This document shows, piece by piece, positions 61,863 through 64,000 of a DNA stretch of 64,000 nucleotides. The position numbers were made by a program, and so were the translations under genes. Positions within the stretch are counted from its first letter, which is position 1; every line of letters begins with the position of its first letter. Source of the stretch: Fistulifera solaris. Its lineage: Eukaryota. The stretch covers positions 496,001 to 560,000 of the forward strand of contig AP026173.1 of the NCBI GenBank assembly GCA_030295235.1. The letters run 5' to 3'. The notes under the pieces are model-generated. The model made no database searches and was not told the origin of the DNA. It was given only the letters and a program-made list of their open reading frames with translations.

Positions 61863-62172
61863 TTCAAAGAGAAGAATTAACGCGTATAGTTGTGTTCATT
61901 CTAATTACAAAAGCATATCATTGACAGAATTGAAAGTGTTTGGATCATTCCTGCGCCGCGCCTCTCATCCGCCGCACGACAAAACGCAGGTCTGTCCGTG
62001 CAACAGTGTCGGTTTACTATGAGGTCAAATGTAGACGACTTTTTTCGCGACTGAACGAGACTTTAGTCCCGGAAAAGATCGACATCTTTCGGGAGTTTCA
62101 TTCGAATGTGAAGTACGTAAGGCAATTCCATACAACTCTCATGTTGTTATTATAATCATTCTATTATTATAT

Positions 62173-63727
62173 TCATCGGTTCGAAGCGGCTCGGGTGCGC
62201 CATTGACGGGCAAACTTTTGCACTTTTTCGGCTTGCGCATAGTCGACAAAAAATCAAGGAGCGTTTCTCGGAACTCCACGCGTGGGCTCCTTTGGATTGG
62301 GCAAATTGCACCACGGCCGAAAATTCACCTTCCATAAGACATTGGTGCTGATAGACTTCGGTCAGTCGGACACGGGATCGTTCCCGATCCCACAACCAGA
62401 TTTGGTCCACGACGTTGGCCGGGATGGGACTGCTGAAGGCGCTTCCCACATTGACCACATTACTGGCGGATCGCAAATTGGGATGGGAGTGCTTTTCCAA
62501 GAATCGCAAGATTTGCCGGGCCTGTATCCCTAAATTGAAAGCCGATGTGACGGAATCGCGGGTCATGTGCAGTATCACAATATTCGGTAAGCGGCGGATG
62601 GTGCCCACGTCACAAAACAGACCCAACATGGCCAAATGCAACGGACTGGTCGTGTAGGCGCAGACTTGAAAATTGGTTTGTACAATAATGGCTAAATGAG
62701 AACTTTCCTTGGGACGCGGATCGGCTAAAGCAGCATCCAGTGCCTTGGTCGAGAGAGAAAAGAGCGACGACGATGCATTATCAGTGTCGTCGTTGCCGAC
62801 AATCTGCAGGGCAATACGAGTCGGATAGAAGACCGTCGCCTTGCCAATTTTGCGCGTATACAATAGTCCAAACAATGCCAGGTGCTTGACCATGGTACGA
62901 GAATCTTTGTTCAATGCGCTGGCCAAGTAAGGTTCGCCGACACGGGCAAACGATAAGCAGATCAGCAATAAGAGAGCTTCGCAGACCAGATTTTGGCCGT
63001 TTTCTTGCTTTTGTAAGGATTTTAAGTACTGCACAAGAAAGTGCCACACCTGTTGATGATTGTCTTGCAGCATGAAATCGTAACCCGTCTGCGTGATGAC
63101 GAGAGGGGCATCGTCCTCGGGTCCATTAAAATCGGGGTCGGGTTGCATCAAACCCGTCTGCAACAAGAAATGGACGACCGCAGCGGGAGGTTCTTCTCGT
63201 CCCGTACTTCCTACCAAAAAATGCAACACATCATCCCAGACATGTTGCATGTAACGTTCTAAATCTTCCATCGTCACGGATTTGTTGGGTTCCGCCGCTT
63301 CTTCCTCGAGCGCTTTCAATTGAATGGCTTGCAACGAATTCCACGGAGCCGCACTTAAACAGCGCATCGATTCTTGTAAACCTTTCTGAAATTCTGGTGT
63401 CATTCGCATCATTTTTCCTTCCAGATCTGAGGAAAATAGTTGCTCTGAGAGTATCCCCCATTCGTACAATTCGAGAAAGAGAGCATCCTGCTGTTTGGGT
63501 TTCAAGGCCGTCCATACTTGGACTCCGACCGCCGGAAATTCTCCCGCACAACACGCCAGTCTCACGACTACTTGTTGTGTCACCGAATTGAGTTGTTGCA
63601 AGACGGCACGACACACAAATCGACCCCGCTTTTCTTCTTCGTACAATCCGGTCAACACGTGTTTGGGGAGAACGTGACGTAGAAAATCCATTACTCCCAC
63701 CGTCGCGCGGCGTCCGTCTTTGGGCAT
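62173..63727 (-). CDS. TFB2: TFIIH core subunit p52/Tfb2 (frameshift near 62250)
   Basis: ITQTGYDFML, FYPTR.A, IIVQTNFQVCAYTTS.LH, GIQARQILRFL..H, IPANVVDQIWLW..ER.R. Confidence 0.93.
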
Positions 63728-64000
63728 TATTGCTTTGATTTGATGTAGTAACAATAAAAGCAATAGATAGATAAACTGATACGAAGTAGGAGTAATCAAT
63801 ACATGCCTGCGTTTTCGAAAAGAATGAAAAGGCAAAAATTGGAAGCTCGCTATCGCATGTCGCATCGCGTGTCGTCTCCTCGTGACACTGACGCATGGCG
63901 GACGATGTACTGAAACAACTAGTAACAAAAATGACTCTATGGAACGATGTACAAAAGGCACTTCCGGTTTCTATTGTGACTTTTGGCTACCGCATGTCTT

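Noticed and set aside
1..64000. tRNA, rRNA or snoRNA genes
   Set aside because: None recognised by eye; tRNAscan-SE and Infernal would be needed to exclude them.

Overview
Gene-dense eukaryotic nuclear DNA, most likely from a pennate diatom. This is inferred from short GT-AG introns, bipartite signal+ASAF-type plastid presequences, diatom-type secreted SET proteins and a CoDi-type Ty1/copia element; the species cannot be fixed from sequence alone. About 33 protein-coding loci are recognisable, including UBC12, RPB6, COX19, PDX1, UTP7/WDR46, TFB2, two nucleotide-sugar transporters, two sulfotransferase-like paralogs, a GT47, a fucosyltransferase-like gene, GH128, a membrane-anchored alpha-carbonic anhydrase and a plastid PGM/PMM. 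Many conserved genes carry small frameshifts, often at homopolymers, which points to consensus errors rather than real pseudogenes. Mobile DNA comprises a full-length, very young copia LTR retrotransposon (38247-43953, ATAAT target-site duplication) and a 336-bp MITE-like element (24693-25028). The most striking observation is that the copia element has no tRNA-type primer-binding site. The 14 nt next to its 5' LTR are instead perfectly complementary to a segment inside its own LTR that overlaps one arm of a 28-bp perfect palindrome, suggesting Tf1-like self-primed reverse transcription in a copia-lineage element.
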